The notes: generated by a model from the sequence alone, not told the origin. A stretch of DNA of 64,000 bases from an uncultured Actinomycetes bacterium (GCA_963794045.1 CAWCCJ010000007.1:177654-241653); one strand, 5' to 3'. Positions 9,563-19,163 are shown, counted from the stretch's first letter. Numbers and translations: made by a program.

Positions 9563-10500
9563 TCGAGCGGTGCGCGCACCTTCAGCATCGTCGTCGAGGC
9601 GAGCAGCGCCTCGAGGAAGCGCATCCTCGACCGAACGAACTCCCGCGTGTCGAGGCTCGGGACGAAAAACTCCTCCGATCTCGGGCCCAGCGCGATTGGC
9701 ACGAACCCAGTGCCGCGTATGCGATTCGAGATCTCGTCGTAGACGGCCGCGACTGCCCTAAACGCGTCGCGGCTCCTGATGTCGGGCGGTATTCGCGCTG
9801 CGGGCGCGCGCGGTCCCCGCTCGTCGAGCGCGAGCAGTACGAAGACGGAAACGGGAAGGTCCGGTCCGGCGACGTCGATGCCGAGCTCCGACGGGTCGAC
9901 CCGTCGTTTCGGCCTCGAGGCCGCACCGTCATCGAAGAACTTCGCCGCAAGCGCCTCCGAGTACATGCGCAGGCTACTGCCGCGCAGATTGAAGGACGGG
10001 TCGCCGTGGAGCAGCCGCGGCGCTCCGTCGCGGAGCCCGACGCGCACGCGGTTATTGGCGAAGAGCTGGAAGCCGTGCGTCAGGCAGAGGTCGAGCGACG
10101 TGATGGTCTTGCCCGACTCGGACGGGCCGAAGAGCACGATCGTCTTCCCATCGCGTACGACCGCAGAAGCGTGCACCAGGTACTCGCCGCGGCGCTGGCG
10201 GACGAGCTCCGACAGATAGAAGAGCCACATCGCGAGCACCGTGGTCTCCTCGATGTCGGGCCACGGCGCGGTGAACGTGCAGATGCCCGATTCGGGCAGA
10301 TACTCCGTCTGCCACGCCGTGTCGTCCACGTAGCGGAGTGTCGGGATCGTCTCCGCGGAGACGGTCGGAGTCACCGTAAAGCGATAGAAGGCGTCGCGGA
10401 ACGTCGTTTCGAGCATCCACTCGAGCCGCTCGAACGCCGCGGCGCACTCGGTCACGAACCCGACGGGGCAGGAGTCGATCGTCACTCGCGCCGTCTTCAC
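9529..10500 (-). CDS. HPr kinase-related P-loop kinase-like protein
   Basis: GPSESGKT Walker-A follows LVHASAVV.., as in HprK C-domain relatives. The GTG start overlaps the upstream stop (GTGA at 10497-10500). Confidence 0.7.
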   Translation of the reverse strand: MKTARVTIDSCPVGFVTECAAAFERLEWMLETTFRDAFYRFTVTPTVSAETIPTLRYVDDTAWQTEYLPESGICTFTAPWPDIEETTVLAMWLFYLSELVRQRRGEYLVHASAVVRDGKTIVLFGPSESGKTITSLDLCLTHGFQLFANNRVRVGLRDGAPRLLHGDPSFNLRGSSLRMYSEALAAKFFDDGAASRPKRRVDPSELGIDVAGPDLPVSVFVLLALDERGPRAPAARIPPDIRSRDAFRAVAAVYDEISNRIRGTGFVPIALGPRSEEFFVPSLDTREFVRSRMRFLEALLASTTMLKVRAPLDHTVAELLRAL

Positions 10501-11105
10501 GCCGTCCTCCTCAGCGCGAAGTCGAGAAAGGTGTACTGAAGCCCGAGCCACTCCACGGTCGTCTCCTCGCAGTCGTAGTCGATCGACCCGGTCGGGTGGA
10601 ATCCTGAAGCACGCGCCTGCATGAGCAGTGTCTCGATGCCGTTGCGAGTGAAGATGCGCACGGGAGCCCCGAACTTCGTGCGGTCGCCCGTGTCGATCGG
10701 CTCGCTCCAATAATCGGTGGAGACGACGACGTACCCGCCCGGCGCTATCACGCGGTGCATCTCGCGGAAGAAAGCGTCGGCGTCGACGCCGTGCTCGATG
10801 ACGCTCAGGCAGATCGCCGCGGGAAACCGCGAATCCGGGTACTCCGAGTGCAGGCCGTCGCCCTTGGTGTAGCGGACACGGCCGTCGTGCGTCATGAAGT
10901 CCGCCTGAAGCGCTGGGTTGATCACGTCGACCTCGAACCCCCAGTGTGCAAGCCACGTCGAGACATGCGAGTAGTCCGGAACGCCGCCGACATCGAGGAT
11001 GGGGCCGGGTGGATCGACGTTGTCGCGCAGGAACTCGCATGCGCGCAACGCGTCCCACGACTTCGCAGGTGGGCGGTCGTATGCGGGAAGCCCGGCGGCC
11101 TGCAC
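10497..11105 (-). CDS. class I SAM-dependent methyltransferase
   Basis: Motif I-like ILDVGGVPD and motif post-II/III (AAICLSVIEH ... IAPGGYVVVS). Confidence 0.8.
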   Translation of the reverse strand: MQAAGLPAYDRPPAKSWDALRACEFLRDNVDPPGPILDVGGVPDYSHVSTWLAHWGFEVDVINPALQADFMTHDGRVRYTKGDGLHSEYPDSRFPAAICLSVIEHGVDADAFFREMHRVIAPGGYVVVSTDYWSEPIDTGDRTKFGAPVRIFTRNGIETLLMQARASGFHPTGSIDYDCEETTVEWLGLQYTFLDFALRRTA

Positions 11106-11152
11106 GGTCGCCCGAGCACGTTCCCATTCGTCGGCCCGCTTGAGCGTGCCGT

Positions 11153-12022
11153 TTATCGCGCAGCCCGGTCGATGAGCGCGGTATGCCTCCTCGGAGGGGC
11201 GTCACGGCCGCCGCCGTACAACGGGAGCCGCGGTCGTTCGTCGTGCCAGCGCCGGTACGCCTCGACCCAGCTCGTCGACATCGTTTCGAAGCCTGCCTTG
11301 GCGCCATGGAAATGCCCGCAGAACCTGCACAGCAGCGAGAACTCCGCGACGAGCTCGTCCGGCGTGACCTCGCGAAGGGAGCCGACGCCACGACCGAATC
11401 CGAAGACGCGGTCGACGCTCGCACCCGCGCCACAGGGGTAGAAGCCGTAACGCGTCAGTGCCATACCGCACGCGAAGGGAATCGTGCAACCGCGCGAGAA
11501 GTCCGCGTCGGCGTACTCCGGCAGGTCCTGCGGTGCGACGTTGTAGGCGTCGAAATGATCCTGCCGCGGCGACTGCTTCTGCGTGTTCCACACGGAGACC
11601 CACTGCGGAAGACGCGCGAGCACGCCCGCGACCCGCGGCCCGTAGCCGTTCGAGATCAGCTTGACGACGACTTCCGGATTGCGCGTGCGGTAGCGGTCGA
11701 GCTCGTCGAGAATCTCGAAGAAGCGCGGGTGAAGCGTCGGCTCTCCTCCCAGCAGCGCGATCTTCCGCCATCGCCAATCGAGCTCCAGCGACTCCTCGAC
11801 GAAGCGTCTGACCTGCGCGAGCGTCATCGACTCGGCCGACACCGCCTGCCTGCTGGAGCGGTCGCAGTTGTAGCACCTGAGATTGCAGGCGGTCGTCAGC
11901 TCGAGCTCGATCTGGGACAGCATTCCGGCGAGCAGCGCGCGACGCTCGGGCTCAAAGCCGGCGAGAAGGCGATCTTGGTAGGACGGTTCCGACACGGCTC
12001 GCTCCGGGCGGGATTCGAGCAT
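11153..12022 (-). CDS. radical SAM enzyme with Cys-rich C-terminal domain
   Basis: The ATG at 12022 gives MLESRPE... It has a CNLRCYNC motif, GGEPTLHP, and C-terminal cysteines (CTIPFACG..YPCG...CRFCGHF). Confidence 0.8.
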   Translation of the reverse strand: MLESRPERAVSEPSYQDRLLAGFEPERRALLAGMLSQIELELTTACNLRCYNCDRSSRQAVSAESMTLAQVRRFVEESLELDWRWRKIALLGGEPTLHPRFFEILDELDRYRTRNPEVVVKLISNGYGPRVAGVLARLPQWVSVWNTQKQSPRQDHFDAYNVAPQDLPEYADADFSRGCTIPFACGMALTRYGFYPCGAGASVDRVFGFGRGVGSLREVTPDELVAEFSLLCRFCGHFHGAKAGFETMSTSWVEAYRRWHDERPRLPLYGGGRDAPPRRHTALIDRAAR

Positions 12023-12076
12023 AACACCGCTCCATGCGATGATTCGAACAGAGTGGCACCGGACGTCGAACACGTC

Positions 12077-13261
12077 GTGGGTCTCGCCGAGTCGGAGGGA
12101 CTGAGGCGGCGCGCTCGGTCGAGCGACGCCTTTGCGGTGGCACTGGCGCAGCGAGGCGCATCGCCGCGCTACGTCGCGCGTGCGCGGGGCGCGTACGTGT
12201 GGGACGTCGATGGCAACCGCTACGTCGACTACGTGCTCGGCTTCGGCAGCGTCTTGCTTGGTCATGCGGATGCGCAGGTCGACGCGGCGGTCGTCGAGCA
12301 GCTGGGTCTTGGTACATGCACGGCCCCGCTGCCGAGCCCACGGCAGGTAGAGCTCGCGGAGCTGTTGACGTCGATCCTGCCGAACGCCGAACGTGCGTTC
12401 CTCGTGCGGACGGGATCGGACGCGACCTCCGTCGCCGTTCGGCTCGCGCGCGTGCATACCGGCCGACCGAAAATTGCGCGTTGCGGTTACAACGGCTGGC
12501 ACGACTGGGCGTGCCCGCGGCCGGACGGGATTCCGCCGTCCGTTCTCGGCGAGACGTTCGTGTTCGACTACGGCGACGTCGCTGGGCTCGAGCACCTGTT
12601 CGATTCGCATCCGGAGCAGATCGCCGCCGTCCTGATGATGCCGTTCGAGCTCGACCAGGCCCCCGTCGGCTATCTGCACGACGTGCGGTCGATCGCTCGT
12701 CGTCACGGTGCGCTTTTCATCCTCGACGAGCTTCGCTCCGGCTTCCGCATCGCGCTCGGCGGCGCGCAGGAGCGCTTCGGCGTCTCCACGGACCTGTCCG
12801 TGTTCGGCAAGGCGATGGCCAACGGCTATCCGATCTCCGCCGTCGTCGGCCGTGCGGACGTGATGGAGTCGCTGGGACGCACGCTGGCATCGTCGACGTC
12901 GTTCGGGAACGCAGCCGAGATGGCCGCCGCGCTCGCGACGATCTCGATTCTCAGAGACACGGGCACCCTGGAACGCGTGTGGTCACTCGGCGAGATCCTG
13001 ACCGCTGGTGTTCGCGCGGTCGTGGAGATGGCGGGCATCCCGGCGGAGATCGTCGGCTACCCAGCGATGCCTTTTCTCCGCTTCGAGCGCAATGAGCGAT
13101 CGCTCGAAATCAAGCGTCGATTCTTCGACGCCGTGCTGGACGAGGGGATCTTCCTCCATGCCGACCACCAGTGGTTCCTCTCGGCCGCGCACACGGAGTC
13201 GGACGTCGAGCTCACCGTCGCTGCCTGCCGCCGCGCCGCCGAGGCCGCGATCGCCGGCTGA
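12077..13261 (+). CDS. class III PLP aminotransferase (glutamate-1-semialdehyde aminomutase-like)
   Basis: ARGAYVWDVDGNRYVDY, GSDATSVAVRLAR and the FGKAMANGYP PLP-lysine motif. The start (GTG 12077) is inferred and uncertain. Confidence 0.85.
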   Translation: MGLAESEGLRRRARSSDAFAVALAQRGASPRYVARARGAYVWDVDGNRYVDYVLGFGSVLLGHADAQVDAAVVEQLGLGTCTAPLPSPRQVELAELLTSILPNAERAFLVRTGSDATSVAVRLARVHTGRPKIARCGYNGWHDWACPRPDGIPPSVLGETFVFDYGDVAGLEHLFDSHPEQIAAVLMMPFELDQAPVGYLHDVRSIARRHGALFILDELRSGFRIALGGAQERFGVSTDLSVFGKAMANGYPISAVVGRADVMESLGRTLASSTSFGNAAEMAAALATISILRDTGTLERVWSLGEILTAGVRAVVEMAGIPAEIVGYPAMPFLRFERNERSLEIKRRFFDAVLDEGIFLHADHQWFLSAAHTESDVELTVAACRRAAEAAIAG

Positions 13262-13262
13262 C

Positions 13263-14252
13263 GTGCTCGCCGCGAAGAAGACGGCACCTGAGCGTGCGAC
13301 GCTCGTCGAGACCGAGCCACCGGCGCTCGGCGAGGGCGACGTCCTCGTGCGCGTCCGCGCCTGCGGCGTTTGCGCCTCCGACCTACCCGGCTGGACGGCG
13401 GAGACCGCGGCCGAGGAGACGCCCGGAAGGTGGAATCCCGGCAACCTGGGGCTGACGGGGCACGAGGTTGCAGGTGAGGTCGTCGACGCAGGCGACGCAT
13501 CACTCCACGCGCGCATCGGCCAGGGCGTCTGGATCGATCCGATCGTGGGCTGCGGCGTTTGCGACCGGTGTGCCGAGGGGCGCCAGACGCTCTGCGCCGA
13601 CGTCTCAGTGCTCTGTCAGGGCTTCGCGGAGTACGTCCGCGCCCCCGCGCGTCAATGCCGTCCGATCCCGCACGGGATTGACCACGCTACTGCGAGCCTG
13701 ATTTGTGACATGGTCGGTGCGCCGTATGCGGCTGTGCAGCGCGCCGGCGTGGGTCCGGGCGACACGGTGAGCGTCTGGGGACTCGGCCCGATCGGGCTCG
13801 GCCTGGTTCAGGCAGCGCGCATCGCCGGCGCCGACCGGATCGTCGGCTATGACCTCCTCGACTCGCGGCGACGCTTCGCCGAGCGGGTTGGCGCGACCGT
13901 CGCGCTCGACCCGGCGGCGTCGTCCACATCCGGCGCCGTCCGCCCAGAGGTCGTCCTCTGCTCCGTCGGCTCCGACGCGGCGCAGGCCGCCTACGAGACG
14001 CTCCGCCTCGATGGACGCATGGTTACCCTCGCGGGCTTTCCCGCTGTCAGGGGACATCGGCCGCGTTGGGTGACCGGCAGTTGGGGCTGTGACGCGCTCT
14101 ACTGGCCAGAGATCGTCGAGCACGTCGTTGACGGGCGGTTCGCGCTCGACGGCTACGTCACGCACAAGTTCCCGCTTGCGGAACTCGAGGAAGCATTCCG
14201 CGTCCGCCTGCACGAGCCTGAGACATCGCTCAAGGTGGTCGTCGTCGCGTGA
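13263..14252 (+). CDS. zinc-dependent medium-chain dehydrogenase/reductase
   Basis: GHEVAGEVV catalytic-Zn motif, GCGVCDRCAEGRQTLC structural-Zn motif, and GLGPIGLG Rossmann motif. The GTG start lies 2 nt after the upstream stop. Confidence 0.85.
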   Translation: MLAAKKTAPERATLVETEPPALGEGDVLVRVRACGVCASDLPGWTAETAAEETPGRWNPGNLGLTGHEVAGEVVDAGDASLHARIGQGVWIDPIVGCGVCDRCAEGRQTLCADVSVLCQGFAEYVRAPARQCRPIPHGIDHATASLICDMVGAPYAAVQRAGVGPGDTVSVWGLGPIGLGLVQAARIAGADRIVGYDLLDSRRRFAERVGATVALDPAASSTSGAVRPEVVLCSVGSDAAQAAYETLRLDGRMVTLAGFPAVRGHRPRWVTGSWGCDALYWPEIVEHVVDGRFALDGYVTHKFPLAELEEAFRVRLHEPETSLKVVVVA

Positions 14253-15031
14253 CGCGTGCTCGAGGACGGCAAAGCAGGGCATTCGCAACACGATGCGCCG
14301 GTCAAGAGAGAGGCGCCTGTTCGATAGCCGGCAAGAGATCGAGGCGGTCGCTGCAAGGGTCGGGCCGCTCAACGCACCGGTGGCCGTCTCCGGCGTAGCC
14401 ACCGGCCTCAGACCGCCGAGCCCTCGGGCTCGAGCAGCGCGACATCGACGAGCCGGTCGAGAGTAGAAGCCACGAGTTGTCTCAAAGGGAGCTGGCTGAC
14501 GCGACCACGACCAAGCCGAGGAGGGGGAGGACGGAGCTGAGCAGTGCGTCGGTACCGAGCCAACTAGGGCGAACGGGAACCAAGAAGTATGACCGTCGGT
14601 GCCAAAGAAGAGGAACAGCGCAGGCTGGTGGCCACTCGCGGCGCCGCAGATGCCGGAAGGACTGCTCCAACCGTGACGAGAGCAACCCCCGCGCATGCGA
14701 GAAGGAGGCGTCTCATGAGCGCACAGCTCGTACGGAGATACCTGCGCCCCACTTTCGAGCATGCACTGAAGGGGACAGGAACTACGCTTGCAGTCGCGGC
14801 GTTCGGGAGATAGATCCAAGCAGCGACTTGTCCAATGAGTTCGGCGCGACGAGCGGAGGGAATGTCAAGCGGGTTCGATTCCCGGGCCTTGGTTCGCTAC
14901 CGATCTAAAGCCACGAGGAACTGGCTCGAACGAAGACAGCACCGGGACAGCACCGACTCGCTCGTTACGCACGCGTCTCACGAACCGCTTGGCTCAACCA
15001 TGCGGCTCGCGCGCAGCCGCATGGATGTGAA

Positions 15032-15103
15032 TGGGCGCGGCTGGGATCGAACCAGCGACCCCTCGCGTGTGAAGCGAGTGCTCTCCCGCTGAGCTACGCG
15101 CCC
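15032..15103 (-). tRNA. tRNA-Val (anticodon CAC)
   Basis: The reverse complement GGGCGCGTAGCTCAGCGGGAGAGCACTCGCTTCACACGCGAGGGGTCGCTGGTTCGATCCCAGCCGCGCCCA folds as a cloverleaf. The anticodon loop is TTCACAC. No CCA is encoded. Confidence 0.9.
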
Positions 15104-15135
15104 GAGGACTGCAATTTAGCCGAACGTTCAAGGCA

Positions 15136-15963
15136 TCAGCTCGCGGTTACGAGCGCGACCCCGCCGAGCGCGAGCGCGACGCCGGCGAGCTGGAAGCCAC
15201 TCAGTCGCTCCCCGAGGAACAGGTAGGCGAGCAGGACGGTTACGATCGGGTAGAGCGACGCGAGGATCGTCGCGATCGAGATCATGCCGAGGCTCGCGGC
15301 GTACCCGAACAAGACGAGCGCGCTCGCGCCGCACACCCCGATCGCGACCACGGTCGCGAGCCCCCTCCGGCCGACGCGAAACGAGGAGCGCAGCGCCAGA
15401 GCGAGCACGAGGAGCAACAGGGACGAGGCTGCGCGGGCGCCGAAGACTGCCGAGATACTGCCGCCGTCGTTGGCACCGCGGGCGAGCAGGTAGAGGTAGA
15501 ACCCGAGCGCGACCGGGGAGGTGAACGCCCAGCCGAGTGCCCTGCGCCGGTCTCCGCCGCTCGCGTGCTCGCCGAGCGAGGCGAGGATTGCGCCGCCGAG
15601 CGCGACGAGCGCTCCGACGACCGCGAGCGACGTGGGCCGCTCGCCGCCCGCGACGGCCAGCGCGAAGGCGAGCACCGAACCGAGCGAGAGGAGCGGCGAG
15701 ACGATGCTCATCGTCCCGAGCGACATCGCCTTGTAGAACGTGTAGAGGCTTACGGCTCCGAAGGCGCCAGCAGCGAGGCCGAGGAGGAAGGCGCTCCCGT
15801 GGAAGCCGGCGATCACGACGACGAGCCCGAGTCCGGCGAAGCCGGCGCCGTGTGAGAGCACCGAGATGGTCGCGACCGGATGACGGCGGACGAGGCGGCC
15901 ACCAACGAAGTCGGTCATTCCCCAGACGAGGCTCGAGCCAAGGGCGAGGAGGACGGCCGGCAC
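15136..15963 (-). CDS. EamA/DMT family transporter
   Basis: About ten TM helices. The N-terminus LGSSLVWGMTDFVGG is typical of EamA repeats. Confidence 0.85.
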   Translation of the reverse strand: MPAVLLALGSSLVWGMTDFVGGRLVRRHPVATISVLSHGAGFAGLGLVVVIAGFHGSAFLLGLAAGAFGAVSLYTFYKAMSLGTMSIVSPLLSLGSVLAFALAVAGGERPTSLAVVGALVALGGAILASLGEHASGGDRRRALGWAFTSPVALGFYLYLLARGANDGGSISAVFGARAASSLLLLVLALALRSSFRVGRRGLATVVAIGVCGASALVLFGYAASLGMISIATILASLYPIVTVLLAYLFLGERLSGFQLAGVALALGGVALVTAS

Positions 15964-16066
15964 CCGCCGAGGCTATCCCTCTGTCAGGCGACTGACGGTG
16001 CTAGCTACGCGGCCGCGGACGTGCTTGAGTGAGGCCTCGTCCCTTCGAGCACGAACAGGAGTCGAA

Positions 16067-16528
16067 ATGAGGAGAACAGCCTGCGTCGCACTCCTCGTCG
16101 CGGCAGCGCTCGCGATCCCGGCGGCTGCGGCGGCCGCAGGTACCGACCCGACCGCACGGGCGGCGTTCGCCGGCCCCATTCAGGTGAACGGCGCGAAGGC
16201 GACCCTGAGGGTCCGCTACCGGTGCAGCTCCGGCCAGAACCTGTGGGTCTCGGCGAAGGAGACGGCACGCGGCTACTCCGCGACGAAGCTCATGAAGGAA
16301 GGCTCGAGCAGCACCGCCGCAGCATGGTGGGACAGCCACCGCAACCGCGTCGTCTGCGACGGCAAGTTCCATTCCACGACGTTCACGATCGACAAGGTCG
16401 AGAAGGGCAAGAAGGGCACCCTCGTCGACGGCAGCGCCTGGGTGCAGTTCTGCGTGACGAACGGCCACACCGAGGCGGACACCGTGCTCACGCTCTCGAA
16501 GAGCGGCTGGGTCAGGGTGAACGCCTGA
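16067..16528 (+). CDS. secreted hypothetical protein
   Basis: ATG at 16067 follows an AGGAG Shine-Dalgarno sequence. The signal peptide is MRRTACVALLVAAALAIPAAAAAA. No family was recognised. Confidence 0.6.
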   Translation: MRRTACVALLVAAALAIPAAAAAAGTDPTARAAFAGPIQVNGAKATLRVRYRCSSGQNLWVSAKETARGYSATKLMKEGSSSTAAAWWDSHRNRVVCDGKFHSTTFTIDKVEKGKKGTLVDGSAWVQFCVTNGHTEADTVLTLSKSGWVRVNA

Positions 16529-16628
16529 GGACGTGACAACGCCCCGCCGGTCACCCACACGCTCCGCGCCGAGCTTGACAGATCACGCGCCCACGGCCCG
16601 ATGGTCACGGTCTCGTAAGCACCGCCGC

Positions 16629-17546
16629 CTAATCCGCCGCCTCACGCTGCAGTCGCCGGAAGAGCGTCGCGTTGAGCGCAGCAGCCGTGACGATGACGTG
16701 TCCGAGAACGAACAGGCTGAAGAGAATCGCCGCCGCCGCGCCGAGTGTTCCGTACGTCGTCGCCCTGGCCGCGTGAATGCGCCCAAGCGCATACAGGTTG
16801 AAGAGATTCACCCCGACGATTCCCACTCCGTACACGAGCGCGCCGGGAGCAAGCCCGGTCCAGCGCGCGTCCGCGTGCGACAGGCCTAGTGAGATCCGAA
16901 GCCACACGAGCGCCGAAGCCGCTCCGTACAAGACGAGCGCCGGCGCCCCCCAACTGTCGGTGTGCGCGCGTACGGCCCCCGCAACGATCGTCAACGCGAG
17001 CTGCATCGCAACGCCGAGTGCGAACCGCCGCACCGCGCGCGGACTGACTTTCGCCGCAGCCGCCGATCGCTCCCACGCGAGGGCATGAACGATGGCGACA
17101 GCGCGGTAGAGGACGGACGTCGCATAGCCCAGAACGAGGAGCGAACCCAGCGCGACCCAGATTCCGGATCCTCGCTCTGCCGTCGCTGCGACCTCTGACG
17201 TGACGAGCCCGACGAAGCCCACGTCCTTGGCGATCTCGTGCGGCGACGAGCCGAACCACCTCACGGCGATACCGAGTGCCGCAACGAGCAGGACGGTGAG
17301 CGGCAGGAAGAAGACGAAGAGGCGATACGCCAAAGCACCCGCAAGAAGGCCGCTTCCGAGCTCTCTCTCGTACTCGATCTCGTCGATCAGCAGGTCGAGC
17401 AACGGGACCCGCGACCGCGTCGTCTCGAGGCGTGCCCGCATCGAGCCGAGGCGGAGCGCGGCACTCCTCGACTTCGCCACGATCCTGCTAGGCCGGTGCG
17501 GCTCGCGAGACGCCGCAGCAGCGGCCGTCGACCGCAGCCGGACCAT
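16629..17546 (-). CDS. YihY/BrkB family membrane protein
   Basis: GALAYRLFVFFLPLTVLLV signature and six TM helices. Confidence 0.8.
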   Translation of the reverse strand: MVRLRSTAAAAASREPHRPSRIVAKSRSAALRLGSMRARLETTRSRVPLLDLLIDEIEYERELGSGLLAGALAYRLFVFFLPLTVLLVAALGIAVRWFGSSPHEIAKDVGFVGLVTSEVAATAERGSGIWVALGSLLVLGYATSVLYRAVAIVHALAWERSAAAAKVSPRAVRRFALGVAMQLALTIVAGAVRAHTDSWGAPALVLYGAASALVWLRISLGLSHADARWTGLAPGALVYGVGIVGVNLFNLYALGRIHAARATTYGTLGAAAAILFSLFVLGHVIVTAAALNATLFRRLQREAAD

Positions 17547-17592
17547 GTCTGTCGCCCTTGATCAGCACTGCCGTGCGGACGGTATGGAGTGC

Positions 17593-17633
17593 CGCTCAGC
17601 ACGCGGTTCGAAGCGAATCAAGATTCCGTCAAG
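17593..17633 (-). promoter_or_regulatory. CTTGAC-N5-CTTGAT-N17-TGAGCG element facing the YihY-family gene
   Basis: Read on the minus strand, the tandem hexamers start 11 bp apart, and a TGA hexamer lies 17 nt after the TTGATT. Confidence 0.5.
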
Positions 17634-17650
17634 GTGGCCGTCCGTCGAGG

Positions 17651-17691
17651 CTTGACGCAACCTTGACGCCCGTCAGAGATGGTTGTGACGC
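17651..17691 (+). promoter_or_regulatory. CTTGAC-N5-CTTGAC-N17-TGACGC element facing the M20 peptidase-glsA genes
   Basis: GGCTTGACGCAACCTTGACGCC...TGACGC. It sits back to back with the 17593-17633 element. Confidence 0.5.
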
Positions 17692-17768
17692 TCGATCCGT
17701 AGCGTTTGATGCTGCTGCCCGATGCGGCATGGTCCGACAACGCTGGGACGAGACGGAAAGGATCCACG

Positions 17769-19154
17769 TTGACCGACACGCAGACATCACCTGCCTTCCC
17801 GGACGCGCCCGCAGCGGGTCGCGTTCGCTCGCTGATGCCGCAGCTCAAAGCCGATCTCGCGAGGCTGATCGCGATCCCGTCCGTCTCCGCTCCGAACTAC
17901 CCGGAGGCCACGCACACGCCGCTGCACGAAGCGTACGAAGCGGTAGCGGAGCTCTTCAGAGACACGGGAGTCACCATCCTCGACCCACTCGTCCTACCCG
18001 GGACGGCCCCGGTCCTCATGGGGGAGATCCCCGCCCCTCCCGGAAGGCCGACGGTGCTCCTCTACAGCCACTACGACGTCGTGCCGCCCGGAGACGAGTC
18101 GAAGTGGGAGTCGCCGCCGTTCGAGGCGGCCGAACGCGACGGAGCGATCTACGGCCGGGGATCGGCGGACACGAAGTCGAACATCCTGATGCACGTGGGA
18201 GCGCTGCGCGCGTGGGACGGCGCACCACCGGTGGGCATCAAGGTCGTGATCGAAGGAATGGAGGAAGTCGGGAGCGCGTTCAGCACCTTCCCGCCGGCGA
18301 GGCCCCAGCTCTTTGCCGCAGACGCAATGGTCATCGGCGACATGGGCAGCTTCCGTCCCGGGATACCGACGCTCACGGTCGCGTTGCGCGGTATGGCGAT
18401 GCTCACCGTCGAGGTGCGCACGCTCGCGGGACCGAAGCACAGCGGTCAGTTCGGAGGCGCCGCGCCGGATGCGCTACTCACTTTGCTTCGTGCGCTGGCG
18501 ACGCTTCATGACGACAACGGTGACGTGGCCGTCGCCGGGCTTCGGCGAGAGGAGTGGACGGGAGCCTCGTACAGCGACGACGAGTTCCGAGAGCTTGCGG
18601 AAGTTGCAGCTGGGGTCCCGCTCGTCGGTACCGGCGGGCTCGGCGAGCGCATCTGGACGGGACCGGCGATCACGGTGACGGGAATCGATGCGCTCCCGGT
18701 CGATCACGCCCTGAACGCAGTCGCCGCATACGCGCGGGCGAAAGTCAGCCTGCGCGTGCATCCGGAGCAGGATCCGCGCGAGGCCCAGGCGGCACTCGTC
18801 ACACACCTCGAGAAGCTGCGTCCGTACGGCGTGGACTTGACGGTCCACCCGGCGGAGACCGGGCAGGGATTCGCGGCGACCACCTCGGGACCTGCGTACG
18901 CCGCAGCGCGTGACGCGCTCGCAAGCGCCTGGCGCAGGGAGACGGTCACCTTCGCCTCGGGCGGATCGATCCCGCTCGTCAGCGCGCTTCAGCAGGCCGC
19001 ACCGGAAGCGGAGATGCTCCTGCTCGGGACGACCGACGGGTTCGCCAACATCCACGCGCCGAACGAGCGGGTCGTTCTCGACGAGTTCGAGAAGGCAACG
19101 CTTGCAGAGGCTGACTTCTTCGGCCGCTTCGCGGCGAGCGGCGGCGCCGGCTAA
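17769..19154 (+). CDS. M20 family dipeptidase / amidohydrolase
   Basis: HYDVVPPGDESKWESPPFE and GRGSADTKSN motifs. The TTG at 17769 follows a GGAAAGGA Shine-Dalgarno sequence. The ORF-track ATG at 17706 is the alternative start. Confidence 0.85.
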   Translation: MTDTQTSPAFPDAPAAGRVRSLMPQLKADLARLIAIPSVSAPNYPEATHTPLHEAYEAVAELFRDTGVTILDPLVLPGTAPVLMGEIPAPPGRPTVLLYSHYDVVPPGDESKWESPPFEAAERDGAIYGRGSADTKSNILMHVGALRAWDGAPPVGIKVVIEGMEEVGSAFSTFPPARPQLFAADAMVIGDMGSFRPGIPTLTVALRGMAMLTVEVRTLAGPKHSGQFGGAAPDALLTLLRALATLHDDNGDVAVAGLRREEWTGASYSDDEFRELAEVAAGVPLVGTGGLGERIWTGPAITVTGIDALPVDHALNAVAAYARAKVSLRVHPEQDPREAQAALVTHLEKLRPYGVDLTVHPAETGQGFAATTSGPAYAAARDALASAWRRETVTFASGGSIPLVSALQQAAPEAEMLLLGTTDGFANIHAPNERVVLDEFEKATLAEADFFGRFAASGGAG

Positions 19155-19163
19155 CCGCTGACT

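Noticed and set aside
1-14252. RiPP interpretation of the radical-SAM/SPASM and HprK-like kinase genes
   Set aside because: I found no small Cys-rich or otherwise plausible precursor ORF adjacent to any of the four rSAM genes, where intergenic gaps are 54 nt or less. The glycosyltransferase and aminosugar gene content fits a glycan pathway better. This is not excluded, because the operon continues upstream of the window.
13605-14819. 404-aa minus-strand ORF
   Set aside because: It lies antisense to the well-supported Zn-dehydrogenase gene and has no recognisable domain. The part outside the dehydrogenase has poor coding character.
14816-14893. Possible additional tRNA gene
   Set aside because: It has a good T-loop (GGTTCGATTCC) and 5 of 7 acceptor pairs. 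No acceptable D-arm or anticodon arm could be folded by eye. It is treated as a fragment or coincidence, not a gene.
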